Positions 19,647 through 28,925 of a stretch of DNA of 58,523 nt are shown here, in pieces. The notes under the pieces are model-generated. The model did no database searches. It worked only from the letters and a program-made list of their open reading frames with translations, and had not been told where the DNA came from. The first letter of the stretch is position 1, and each line of letters starts with the position of its first letter. The stretch covers positions 1 through 58,523 of the forward strand of contig JAFGHE010000043.1 in the NCBI GenBank assembly GCA_016930295.1, read 5' to 3'. The position numbers were made by a program, and so were the translations under genes. Source of the DNA: Sedimentisphaerales bacterium. Lineage in GTDB: Bacteria; Planctomycetota; Phycisphaerae; Sedimentisphaerales; SM23-30.

Positions 19647-21172
19647 GAATTATTTCGCTTTTTTAATTCAGGATAATTAATTTTACCGGTTGCTGTTTTT
19701 GGCATCTCATCGATTATTTCAATAAAACGCGGAACCATATAACCGGGCATATGCTGCGAGCAGAAATCAATAATCATGGTTGTTAGTTCGTCTTCGCTGT
19801 GTTTCTGCTCATCTGCCCTTACAATGTAGACTTTGATGACCTGGCCTGCTATTTCATCCGGTATGCCTATCGCTGCCGCTTCTTTTACCAAATTCGTCTT
19901 GAATACTTCCTCTTCTATCTCGCTCGGACTTATGCGATTCCCTGAACACTTAATCATTCCATCATTACGACCGAGAAAATACAAAAAACCGTCTTCGTCA
20001 GTTTTCACTAAATCTCCGGAAAAGACTACTTTTTCATTGCAAATTTCAACACTTCCATCCCACGGATAGGGTTTAAATCGTTCGGCATTGTCTTTGGGAC
20101 GCTTCCAATATCCCAATGACACGGTCGGGCCTCGATGTACCAGTTCACCAATTTCGTTAGGCCCACATAATTTTCCGTCAGATGAAACTACCATTATTTC
20201 TGTATTGGGAATTGCTTTGCCCATGGACGTTGGACGCTTGTCCAGTTCATGAGGAGGCAGATAGGTGGACCGAAATGCTTCGGTCAGTCCATACATTAAA
20301 ACAATGTCCGTTTCAGGCAGATAGCGCTTCAACAGGTCTAAAACCGTCGTGGGAACAGCACCGCCGGAGTTCGAAATATAACGTAGATGCGGTAAGGGAG
20401 TGCGCGACAACGATGAACGAACCAGTATGGCCCATATCGGGGGAATTCCGGCAAAGCCGGTTATCTCATATTTCGAAAGGGCCTCCACAATTTCATTCGG
20501 GTACTTGAAAGTCAAAAACCGATAGGTTCCCCCCAGTGCCAACATGGTAATCAGCTGGTTTAAACCGTAATCGAACGACAAAGGCAATACTCCCAACAAT
20601 CTGTCATTTTCTCGTAAATTGAGATATTCCGATATAATCCAACAACCTGCTGTTAAATTCTTATGAGATATCATTACGCCTTTGGGTAACCCACTGGAAC
20701 CGGATGTGTACAGAATTGCCGCCAGATCGTTTTCAATAACATGACAGGTTCTCTCCAGATGCCGGGCGCCTTTCTGATCGTCAATCAACAACACCTCCGT
20801 AAGATCATCACACGTCTCCAGCACTTCATGTAATGTATCGTATCTGGATTTCGTGGTTATGAGCACCCGGGAATCTGAATCTCGAAGTATATGACCAACC
20901 TGTTCCGGAAATAATAAGGCATTTACCGGCACAAATGCTCCCCCCGCGGCGGAAATCCCCAATATCGACACGGCCTGATGGATGTTGTGATCCAAAAAGA
21001 ATGCGACCCGGTCTCCAGGACGAACACCCGCTTGTGTCAGCCTCTCAGCAATAAATCCTGCTTTCTCTGAAAGCTGACTGTATGTCAACGTCGTTTCGTC
21101 GTCTGAAATCGCTTCCTTATCCGGAACGCGGTTCAGAGAATGAAAATATAAATGATGTAGTAAGTAGTCCAT
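19643..21172 (-). CDS. Acyl-CoA/acyl-carrier ligase (AMP-forming), of the type associated with exosortase systems
   Basis: Adenylation motifs are 'ILYTSGSSGLPKGVMISHKNL', 'YGLTEA', 'FSGDLVKTDEDGFLYFLGRNDGMIKCSGNRISPSEIEE' and 'GKINY'. Confidence 0.9.
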   Translation of the reverse strand: MDYLLHHLYFHSLNRVPDKEAISDDETTLTYSQLSEKAGFIAERLTQAGVRPGDRVAFFLDHNIHQAVSILGISAAGGAFVPVNALLFPEQVGHILRDSDSRVLITTKSRYDTLHEVLETCDDLTEVLLIDDQKGARHLERTCHVIENDLAAILYTSGSSGLPKGVMISHKNLTAGCWIISEYLNLRENDRLLGVLPLSFDYGLNQLITMLALGGTYRFLTFKYPNEIVEALSKYEITGFAGIPPIWAILVRSSLSRTPLPHLRYISNSGGAVPTTVLDLLKRYLPETDIVLMYGLTEAFRSTYLPPHELDKRPTSMGKAIPNTEIMVVSSDGKLCGPNEIGELVHRGPTVSLGYWKRPKDNAERFKPYPWDGSVEICNEKVVFSGDLVKTDEDGFLYFLGRNDGMIKCSGNRISPSEIEEEVFKTNLVKEAAAIGIPDEIAGQVIKVYIVRADEQKHSEDELTTMIIDFCSQHMPGYMVPRFIEIIDEMPKTATGKINYPELKKRNNS

Positions 21173-21392
21173 TTTCTAATACCTCACTGGTTATACTCCA
21201 CCCATATAAAATACCCTATCGTTAGTGTCGTAAATAATTTTTTCATGACTTCAGAACTGGTCCAACAGGATAAAACAGCGATCAATACGTATATCTGCTT
21301 TTGCCAAACAATAGCAGTTTCGATTTTATCAAACATCGGAAAAATCCATCTGATATCCACTTTCAAAACAAAAGGAGAGTTATTTAAATATT

Positions 21393-21659
21393 TTACTGCT
21401 TCTCCAGAGAACGATTGATAAAAGCGGAAATAGTATTAATAGTACTGAAGTTTTCATCTCCCACATCAGTATCAGATACAGTGATTCCATAGGTTGTCTC
21501 AATAAAATCTATAAGCGTAAGCAAATCCAGAGAATCAATAACCCCCCCCTCTAACAGCTTATCCGTCATCGAAAGTGATTTCTGACGGGCCCGGGGAAAT
21601 GTGGTGCGGATAAATTCGTACATAGTGTCGGTCACGTTTTTCTGTTCAATCTCTTCCAA
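21393..21659 (-). CDS. Acyl carrier protein (third ACP, divergent from the other two)
   Basis: This 88-aa protein has the Ser motif 'GGVIDSLDLLTL'. It uses a TTG start preceded by AAGGAG 8 nt upstream. Confidence 0.8.
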   Translation of the reverse strand: MEEIEQKNVTDTMYEFIRTTFPRARQKSLSMTDKLLEGGVIDSLDLLTLIDFIETTYGITVSDTDVGDENFSTINTISAFINRSLEKQ

Positions 21660-21709
21660 AATACTGTCTCCTTAAATATCATATCTGACGAAACATGAAA
21701 CAATAATAA

Positions 21710-22387
21710 TCAACGAATCTGATCGCTGCCATCCAGAGGCTTTTGAAAACTACTTAAATCAGTCTGTAATTCCTCAAACGTTTTTTCCCACCATCGTGAC
21801 GCCAGCAACTCCTCAATTACCTCTTTGGAGAAGCGGTATCGCACCACGCGCGAGGGATTGCCCGTAACAACGGCATAAGGGGGCACGTCCTGATGCAATA
21901 CCGTACCCGCCCCGATTATGGCACCATCTCCAATCGAGGATACAGATGACAATATTATAGCGTTATGGCCAATCCACACGTCATTACCAATTGTCAACTG
22001 GGTCCGATTAAGTAAATCCTTCTCCGCAAAACCCAGTTTGGGATTATAAAAAAACGCATGCGTGGATTTAGTATTCATGGGATGATTGGCATTAAAAGCG
22101 ATTACCGTTTTATATATGGCGGTATATCTGCCAATTATGGTACCCGGTTTGAAATGACCAAGAACAAAACAACCTCTGCCTGAGTACATTCCTACCTCAA
22201 TATCATGATACCGGGAAAATATCTTCCTTATCGTTACCGAAAAAACAGGACCGCCTTCCACTCGCAACACAAGATATCTGATGAGACGGCGTATGCTTCC
22301 CCGTTTAAAAATCCCATACAAATAAAACAGCAACTTCCCTAAAGCCCTGCATTCCTTTCCTTCTCGATTCTCATTCTGGGCGGCCAT
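21710..22387 (-). CDS. Hexapeptide-repeat O-acetyltransferase (CatB/Vat-like)
   Basis: The LbH repeats 'IGNDVWIGHNAIILSSVSSIGDGAIIGAGTVLHQDVPPYAVVTGNPSRVVRYRF' are typical. Confidence 0.85.
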   Translation of the reverse strand: MAAQNENREGKECRALGKLLFYLYGIFKRGSIRRLIRYLVLRVEGGPVFSVTIRKIFSRYHDIEVGMYSGRGCFVLGHFKPGTIIGRYTAIYKTVIAFNANHPMNTKSTHAFFYNPKLGFAEKDLLNRTQLTIGNDVWIGHNAIILSSVSSIGDGAIIGAGTVLHQDVPPYAVVTGNPSRVVRYRFSKEVIEELLASRWWEKTFEELQTDLSSFQKPLDGSDQIR

Positions 22388-22447
22388 TTAAAAATTATCC
22401 TTCTCTGACTTACACATTACGAAAAACATCCATCCGGATTCCCAGGA

Positions 22448-22927
22448 TTAAAGCGATTCCAGGAAATCGCGAATTCGTTCCGCAACCAACCGAACCTGAT
22501 TGTCCCGGGGCCTGGGAATAAAAGAATGCAACTGCTCAATCTTATGCGGCAGTTCATCAGTACTATATGCCACCAGGATATGACCCAGCTGCTCAAATTT
22601 TTTTGCCGTTCCAAGCTGATGATCATTCACGTGTTCGCCATGCTTCTTTAATCTCGGCATGACCAACAATGGCTTATTATGGTCCAGTGCCATAATAATG
22701 GTACCCATGCCGGCATGTCCAATCAACGCTGTAGATCGCGCAAACAGATCGTCATATTCCTGCTTATCCAACACTTTCGCATATTTAATATTTCGAGGCT
22801 CATAATCACAAAAACCTATTTGTGCAAATATTTCTTCACCTTTCAGTTCGTTTATCGCCATTTCATCAATCGCCTGAATCATCCTGTTGAATTGCATCGG
22901 ATAGGTACCAAGGGTCAATAGAATCAT
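22448..22927 (-). CDS. Glycosyltransferase 28 C-terminal-domain subunit (Alg13/PssE/Cps14G-like)
   Basis: At 159 aa with the start 'MILLTLGTYPMQFNRM' and 'GHAGMGTI', it fits the family. It forms a 4-nt overlapping pair with the Alg14-like gene. Confidence 0.75.
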   Translation of the reverse strand: MILLTLGTYPMQFNRMIQAIDEMAINELKGEEIFAQIGFCDYEPRNIKYAKVLDKQEYDDLFARSTALIGHAGMGTIIMALDHNKPLLVMPRLKKHGEHVNDHQLGTAKKFEQLGHILVAYSTDELPHKIEQLHSFIPRPRDNQVRLVAERIRDFLESL

Positions 22928-23403
22928 ATAATTGCTCCGGCGTATTCCACCTTGTCATATTCTTCAGCCAGTTCAGGCCATTGCGTTAAAAATAAATCAG
23001 CAATATGTCGCATTAAACGACCACTCAAGGAAAATCGCTCTGTATTGGCAATACTGTCTATCCACACTACCTTCGTACCGAACAACTTCGACACTATACA
23101 GACCATGGCAATCGGCATTGAACCGGTCGTAATAACCACATCAGGGCGTTCCTTGAATATTATTTTAAATCCCCGAATTAATATCATCAGGGCCTTTAAC
23201 GGGTGATGTCGATTACATTCGCCCACCACATAAACAGGGCCCTTCTTTTCAAGTTTACGTGCCAGTTCAGGCATTGTAGTAATATAGAATGCCGGCAACG
23301 AAGGCCAGGACTCGGCATGATTCAGCAATCGAAGCAACTGATTCATATGGCCACCCGCCGATGCACCGACACCTATTTTTATTTCCCTGTTTTTTTTCAT
23401 CAA
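22924..23403 (-). CDS. Alg14/PssD/Cps14F-like glycosyltransferase partner subunit
   Basis: This 159-aa protein has 'IGVGASAGGHMNQLLRL' and 'VVITTGSMPIAMV'. It sits directly upstream of, and is coupled to, the Alg13-like gene. Confidence 0.75.
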   Translation of the reverse strand: MMKKNREIKIGVGASAGGHMNQLLRLLNHAESWPSLPAFYITTMPELARKLEKKGPVYVVGECNRHHPLKALMILIRGFKIIFKERPDVVITTGSMPIAMVCIVSKLFGTKVVWIDSIANTERFSLSGRLMRHIADLFLTQWPELAEEYDKVEYAGAII

Positions 23404-23514
23404 AAACTCAACTTACACAAAATTACAGCTATCCAATTCCAAACCAGGAATACGCCATCTGAATCTCACACAGTTTCTGTCTGGGCCGCGTATCACAACC
23501 TGATCTGAAATAAA

Positions 23515-24372
23515 TTATACAGAATCATAATGCTCAATCAACTCCTTGGTATTTAGTATGTTCGTCCTTGACGAAGCCCCAAATACAATTGATTCTATTT
23601 TTAATCCACATACATATTCCAATGCTTCCGCAGGAGGTATGGCGCCAGAAGCAAAAACCGACATGGCAATAGGTCTGAACCTGCGCTGCTCAATAACCTT
23701 TTCATATGCTTCTCTTCCGCCACACATCCTGAATCCAATCTTGTTAATAGAACTGCATATTATCGGATTTTCTATCCCGCAATCTTCCAAAACATCTAAT
23801 AACAACGGAAGATTCATGGTAAAAAAACCCGGTTCAGCATTATATTTCTCCCTGATATACCTGGCATACTCAATAAATATCTTTCGCAGATCAAGTCCTA
23901 ATAATAAATCCACCAAAACATTCTGCAGGAATATCACATCCGTACTAAGACCTTCAAACATCTTCATTTCCGCATCAATAAGCAACTTCATAAGGCCTAT
24001 AACATCTTGGGTGGCAATGGCTTTTCCTCCTTTGGCAATAGCGCCAAGCATACTTCCTGAAGTAAACTTCTTCAATGCTCCCAGGACGCCTTCTTCTGTC
24101 ACGGCATTGGCATATTTATGTGCATAGGGCATGCCGGGATAAAATTTAAAATCCGCATAATGCGCCGGGTTACTCCTGACAATATTACATATTTCTTCAA
24201 TACGATCATGGGTAGTACACATGAAGGTCCTGATCCCGGCGTCATTGGCAATATCAAGCACGTTCATTATTGACTGGACATCCTTGAACCGCATTGACTG
24301 CGATCTCGCTTTTTCCTCTGACATATGATTAACACCAAAAAACTGATTATCACCAAATAATATTCGATCCAT
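23515..24372 (-). CDS. Hypothetical protein (285 aa, no recognisable motif)
   Basis: It is a clean ORF on the operon strand between the Gfo/Idh/MocA oxidoreductase and the Alg14-like gene. The alternating hydrophobic pattern could fit an alpha/beta barrel. I recognised no family. Confidence 0.5.
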   Translation of the reverse strand: MDRILFGDNQFFGVNHMSEEKARSQSMRFKDVQSIMNVLDIANDAGIRTFMCTTHDRIEEICNIVRSNPAHYADFKFYPGMPYAHKYANAVTEEGVLGALKKFTSGSMLGAIAKGGKAIATQDVIGLMKLLIDAEMKMFEGLSTDVIFLQNVLVDLLLGLDLRKIFIEYARYIREKYNAEPGFFTMNLPLLLDVLEDCGIENPIICSSINKIGFRMCGGREAYEKVIEQRRFRPIAMSVFASGAIPPAEALEYVCGLKIESIVFGASSRTNILNTKELIEHYDSV

Positions 24373-24387
24373 TCCTTAAATCCCCTT

Positions 24388-25398
24388 CTAATACCGGGCA
24401 TCTTCCAATAACATATCAATAATCATGTCCGTTTTATGCGCACTTTCAAATGAATTCACATTTTCCTCTCTTCCCTCGCTGATACACTTTATAAAATAAT
24501 CAATTTGAGCTGAATACTCCTCACCTCTTAAATAAAACCATACTGGTTTTGTCAATTCCGTTGTATATAGAATATTCCATCCCTTTTCCAGACCATCATC
24601 ACCGTTTTCCCTCAAAAATATCTTACACTCCTGCCTTTCAACCACGATTTTACCCTTTTTGCCAAATATGGTAATCTGGATCGACATTTTACGATAAGAT
24701 TCATCGCTCCAGTTAATGGCCAGCTGGCCCGATATCCCCTGTGGAAACAATAACGTAGAATATACCGCATCCTCTACATCATGAGAATATATTTTTTTCA
24801 ATATCGTCCCTGATACGGCTTCAGGCATACCCACATAATAAACTAATAGGTCAATCACATGAGAGGCATAATCATGCAGGCAGCCACCGCCCTCGGATTT
24901 TTTTGATCGCCAGGTTGATCCCTTTGGTTTTAATACCACCTGTCCATAAGCTTCGCCCGTAATATGATAAATCTCACCAATGGCATTTTTTTCTATGACC
25001 TCCCTGGCTTTATTGAATGCACCCACAAATTTATTATGAAACCCAACCTGATTTATAACCTTCTTTTCCAAAGCCAAATCAACCATCTCCCGGCCATCCG
25101 CAATATCAAGAGAAAATGGTTTTTCCACAAAAACATGCAGCCCTCTTTCCAGACAATCACATACAATTTTCTTGTGCGAAGAAGTTGGAGTTGCGATCAT
25201 CACACAATCAAGCGAACAGGCATCAAGCATCTTCCGGTAATCATTATAATACCGGGCATCAGACAGTTTGCCCAGACATCCTAACATAAACTTGGAAGAA
25301 TCACATACACCAACCACGTCGACATCAGGATGGGTGTTTAATATTGAATAATGGGAAATTCCCATTTTACCTAAACCAATTACTCCTGCTTTTATCAT
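24388..25398 (-). CDS. Gfo/Idh/MocA-family NAD(P)-dependent sugar oxidoreductase
   Basis: The N-terminal Rossmann motif 'IKAGVIGLGKMGISH' and 'HVFVEKPF' are present, and the C-terminal alpha/beta domain has the expected length. Confidence 0.88.
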   Translation of the reverse strand: MIKAGVIGLGKMGISHYSILNTHPDVDVVGVCDSSKFMLGCLGKLSDARYYNDYRKMLDACSLDCVMIATPTSSHKKIVCDCLERGLHVFVEKPFSLDIADGREMVDLALEKKVINQVGFHNKFVGAFNKAREVIEKNAIGEIYHITGEAYGQVVLKPKGSTWRSKKSEGGGCLHDYASHVIDLLVYYVGMPEAVSGTILKKIYSHDVEDAVYSTLLFPQGISGQLAINWSDESYRKMSIQITIFGKKGKIVVERQECKIFLRENGDDGLEKGWNILYTTELTKPVWFYLRGEEYSAQIDYFIKCISEGREENVNSFESAHKTDMIIDMLLEDARY

Positions 25399-25413
25399 AT
25401 TAATATCCTGTAA

Positions 25414-26316
25414 TTATTCATTGACTTTATCGACATCAAGAACATGATTAAACCTCAATAAACGTCTAATCTGTTCCTTACGAATAAAATGTATTACGTC
25501 ATCAGGTATTTGCCGTTTCTCCTGTAAACAAAAACCATACGAATACCCGATAATCCTTGCCATTCCACCAATTAGAAACGGCCGCTCCTTAAAGCACCTT
25601 CTCAATGATTTGACCAGCAAGAACAATGGATGCATTGCCAATCCGTACTCACTCAGGCCATGTCGGAAACGTATCTTCAGTAGGTTGGTAGCGTGCCCTG
25701 TCCCTACCGGCTTATTATGCACTACGCATAGATCAGGAAACGACCATGTCTTCCAGCCTTTCAACCGTGCCATAAAACAGGCACAGGTGTCCTCGCCACC
25801 ATATTTCATAGGTACAAATCCACCAATCGCTTCGAAACACTCACGCCGAAACACCATGATCGCCTTGGGTGTTGATCGCCGGTCATTGAGAATCTTGCGC
25901 AACTTGCCATCGACCAGATCCATATAGACGCCGCTGGCAATCCCCAGCTTCTCTTCCCTGGCAAATCGGGAAAATATCTCCTCATAATAATCCTCAGGCA
26001 GCGTAATATCCGCGTCAAGAATAGCAAGAAAGTCAAACTGTTCCTTCTCTATTGTTTTGTATCCACGCTGTATCGCATAAACATTACTGCCGTAATAGGT
26101 CTGCCCCGGCTCCTTTTTACGATATAAATACTGTATCCAATTGTGTTTCCGGACATAATCCTGAATGATTTTTGCCGTCTCATCAGTAGAACCGTCATCC
26201 ACTATTACCCACATCAACGGTTGAATTTTCTGGGCAATAACACTTTCTATCGTCTTGCTGATATAGGCCGCCTCATTGAAAGCAGGTGTGATAATCACAT
26301 AAGAAATTGTTTTCAT
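25414..26316 (-). CDS. Family 2 glycosyltransferase
   Basis: 'SYVIITPAFNEAAYISKTIESVIAQ', 'VDDGSTDET' and 'ILDADI' (DXD) are typical. I chose ATG 26316 ('MKTISYV') as the start because the longer ORF-track start at 26421 would overlap the upstream gene by 86 nt. Confidence 0.85.
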   Translation of the reverse strand: MKTISYVIITPAFNEAAYISKTIESVIAQKIQPLMWVIVDDGSTDETAKIIQDYVRKHNWIQYLYRKKEPGQTYYGSNVYAIQRGYKTIEKEQFDFLAILDADITLPEDYYEEIFSRFAREEKLGIASGVYMDLVDGKLRKILNDRRSTPKAIMVFRRECFEAIGGFVPMKYGGEDTCACFMARLKGWKTWSFPDLCVVHNKPVGTGHATNLLKIRFRHGLSEYGLAMHPLFLLVKSLRRCFKERPFLIGGMARIIGYSYGFCLQEKRQIPDDVIHFIRKEQIRRLLRFNHVLDVDKVNE

Positions 26317-26335
26317 CTTTAACTTAATAACCTGT

Positions 26336-27373
26336 TTATGCCTGAAATCGCTTAGCAAACTTAAAGGCTTTTTCGCCACTGGTGACCAATATCCGTTTAA
26401 AACCATCTGGATAATACTCAAACGGACCCGGAACGGTAATATCTTCTCCCCCCATCCCTTTCTTGAAACTATAGACTCCCGGATTATTGTCGGGATCTAT
26501 TCCTCCCAGGTCATACCATTGACACCCCTGTTCATGAGCCCGGAGGACACCGTTCCATTGTATCCGATAGGACACTCGGCTGGACAAGGCGGCTTTTGTA
26601 TTAGCCCGAAATAAATTTACCGCCGTATCACCAAGAAGACTGGAAACATGTCCCGAAATCAATACACCATCGTGTTCACATAACGCCACAACCATCCTCT
26701 CGGACTCCGATAACATCCGCTGAACTTCAATATAAAATTTTGGATCCAATTCCACATCAAATTGCTTGTTTTCCCGAAACGTGTCATATAACCCGGAAAA
26801 CCGAACAAGTGATTCCACAGAACAATCACTCTCGATAGGCTGGGTTCCAGCCTCTGATCTTTTTAAATTGTTGCGCCATTTTTGTGACAGGTTTTTACGA
26901 ATATCATCCAGAGAACGATCCATATCAAGTAATAATGTCCGGTAGGGTTTGATTGTTTTTGATATTGAAAATCCGCAATCTCGAAATGTATCATGGATCA
27001 TACTGTTCCATGACTCCATACCAATAGTGGGTTTGATTCTTAGTAATAAACCTTTTGTATGAACATATTGATTAACCAGGGCATTCAGACATGTCCTCAA
27101 CCGGTCACGATCATCCTCTCTGCCTCGACGAATCAGCGGGCCACCGGTAATATAAGCAATACCCGTCTTGAAAAAAGGAACTAATTTAATGCGGACGTCC
27201 ATCATTCCAGCAATTTCTGCTCCCTCATAAACAGCCATATGCTCACTGACTGCATCCAATCGGTTTGCACAGGCTATTCCAAAGTCCCATAACTGGCGGT
27301 AGTTATAATCTTTAAAGAGCGGAGCAAGCTGCTGCCACGCATCCCGATCAATAGGCTTTAAAGTCACTGGCAC
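26336..27373 (-). CDS. FemAB-family (GNAT-fold) aminoacyl/acyl transferase of the PEP-CTERM-system-associated type
   Basis: Its size (345 aa), its N-terminal pattern 'DAWQQLAPLF..YRQLWDFG' and its position beside a polysaccharide deacetylase match the FemAB-like family described for exosortase loci. I judged this by motif resemblance only. Confidence 0.65.
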   Translation of the reverse strand: MPVTLKPIDRDAWQQLAPLFKDYNYRQLWDFGIACANRLDAVSEHMAVYEGAEIAGMMDVRIKLVPFFKTGIAYITGGPLIRRGREDDRDRLRTCLNALVNQYVHTKGLLLRIKPTIGMESWNSMIHDTFRDCGFSISKTIKPYRTLLLDMDRSLDDIRKNLSQKWRNNLKRSEAGTQPIESDCSVESLVRFSGLYDTFRENKQFDVELDPKFYIEVQRMLSESERMVVALCEHDGVLISGHVSSLLGDTAVNLFRANTKAALSSRVSYRIQWNGVLRAHEQGCQWYDLGGIDPDNNPGVYSFKKGMGGEDITVPGPFEYYPDGFKRILVTSGEKAFKFAKRFQA

Positions 27374-27379
27374 TTGAAA

Positions 27380-28258
27380 TCATTTCCTGGATCGAATAAT
27401 CAAGTTTCTAACTCGACGGATAAACCATCGCCACGGAGACAACCAGACATATGCCCCGGCACAGGTTAACATAAACTCATACTTCCAAACGTCCGGCGAC
27501 ATCGAAAATCGCCCCATGATCGTATCATTAGACTCAAAATCGACCGGCCTGGGATCAAGAGTATATATTCGTTTATATCCTACATCCTGTGCAATTGTCA
27601 ACACATCGTCATTATATCGACCATGCGGCAAAGCAAGATCCTCAACCGGACAACCCAGCAGAGTTTCAAGTTGCCTTTTGGAATCCAATAATTCCGCTCT
27701 GACCTGATCACTTGAAATGGCGGTCAAATCCGGATGCGTTAACGTATGTGATCCAATACTCACCAGAGAATTCCTGCTTAACGTTACCAGTTGATCTGAG
27801 GTCATTATAGATTCAGATGCCTCCGGATGCTCCGGTGAAATCGCCCATCCAGGCCTTCGACCAAGGTTCCCGGGAACCGCAAAGATAACCGCAGGAATCT
27901 GATAACGATCCAGAACCGGCACGGCATTTTCCAGCAAATTTTCAAATGCATCATCAAAAGTAATGCGGACAGAAGGGAATGCCCAGAATTTAGACCCTTT
28001 TTTCAGCCGCTTCCCTAATCGGATCATCTGCTCTTGAAACCGTCCTGCCTGATCGGAGGCAATCCCATGATAACACAAAATAATTGTTTTACGAGAAAAT
28101 AACGAACTGATTTCAATCAATAACCATGAAATCCACGCGCATAAAAAATATGATATTCTCACGAGAATACCGTGCCGGGCATAGGGACCTCTTGTTACAC
28201 TGGAATTCATACCGCTCACGTTATATGTAATTTCTGTATGTTTCCATACGATTGACAA
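27380..28258 (-). CDS. Polysaccharide deacetylase (NodB homology domain)
   Basis: After an N-terminal TM it has 'RITFDDAFEN', 'IGSHTLTHPDL' and 'LPHGRYN'. Confidence 0.85.
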   Translation of the reverse strand: MSIVWKHTEITYNVSGMNSSVTRGPYARHGILVRISYFLCAWISWLLIEISSLFSRKTIILCYHGIASDQAGRFQEQMIRLGKRLKKGSKFWAFPSVRITFDDAFENLLENAVPVLDRYQIPAVIFAVPGNLGRRPGWAISPEHPEASESIMTSDQLVTLSRNSLVSIGSHTLTHPDLTAISSDQVRAELLDSKRQLETLLGCPVEDLALPHGRYNDDVLTIAQDVGYKRIYTLDPRPVDFESNDTIMGRFSMSPDVWKYEFMLTCAGAYVWLSPWRWFIRRVRNLIIRSRK

Positions 28259-28269
28259 TACTCATGATA

Positions 28270-28893
28270 TTAGGCCGCCTGGCGTTTGCATCGATTCCAA
28301 AGAATCCAGACATGCTCAAATAAAACCATACGAACTGCTTTTCCGACTGGAATAAATCCTGCCTTCTGAATCCCGCGAATAGAGGCTGTATTCCAGGATT
28401 TACAGTCAATATACACATTGCAGATTTGATCCCGGCTTAACAATGTATTGACCATCGTCTCAAGCATGCTTGGATAAATCTTCCTTCCCCGAAAGACCGG
28501 CAATACAAAACAACTCAGAATTGTGGCATCGCTTTCTTCCAAAGGGACAAAATAATCACTCCTCTTTTTACGACTGCAGGACCAGCAGATCCCTGCCAAC
28601 TTGCCATCCAGTTGTCCCATCCACAACTCACATCCCCTTGAAAACAATTTATTTACTTCCCGAACCATTTCGTCGCCTCGGGTCATTTTAAGAATATCGT
28701 ATACTTCCATATCGACTTCCGCTTGAGATGAATATCTTTCTACCGTCAAGCCGGGAACTTTACAGAAATTTGATTTTGCATTCTTTGTATAAACCAAACT
28801 GACATGAACTGGAAACTTGGAACGAAAAACATGTCGAATCAGACCCATCGTTCCATGTTCCTGCCAGGCTCTGCAGATTCTTCGAAGATTCAT
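28270..28893 (-). CDS. GNAT-family N-acetyltransferase
   Basis: The acetyl-CoA motif 'FVLPVFRGRKIYPSML' and the terminal 'NTASIRGIQKAGF' are typical of GNATs. Confidence 0.75.
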   Translation of the reverse strand: MNLRRICRAWQEHGTMGLIRHVFRSKFPVHVSLVYTKNAKSNFCKVPGLTVERYSSQAEVDMEVYDILKMTRGDEMVREVNKLFSRGCELWMGQLDGKLAGICWSCSRKKRSDYFVPLEESDATILSCFVLPVFRGRKIYPSMLETMVNTLLSRDQICNVYIDCKSWNTASIRGIQKAGFIPVGKAVRMVLFEHVWILWNRCKRQAA

Positions 28894-28925
28894 TCAGTAA
28901 GACCTTGTATTCAGCAACAGGAATA

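Noticed and set aside
21184-21366. 60-aa ORF that neatly fills the 220-nt gap between the third ACP and the second AMP-ligase on the operon strand
   Set aside because: It starts at TTG with no Shine-Dalgarno sequence, unlike the neighbouring TTG-initiated ACP, which has AAGGAG. It has no motif. A small hydrophobic peptide is possible but unsupported. It may be worth a look in ribosome-profiling or proteomic data.
23546-24127. 193-aa plus-strand ORF antisense to the 285-aa hypothetical gene
   Set aside because: It is a shadow of the minus-strand ORF that fits the operon. Its translation is Ser/Asn/Ile-rich with no motif.
26317-26421. N-terminal extension of the GT2 gene (ORF-track start 26421)
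   Set aside because: It would overlap the FemAB-like gene by 86 nt. The GT2 fold starts right after the internal ATG at 26316 ('MKTISYVIITP').
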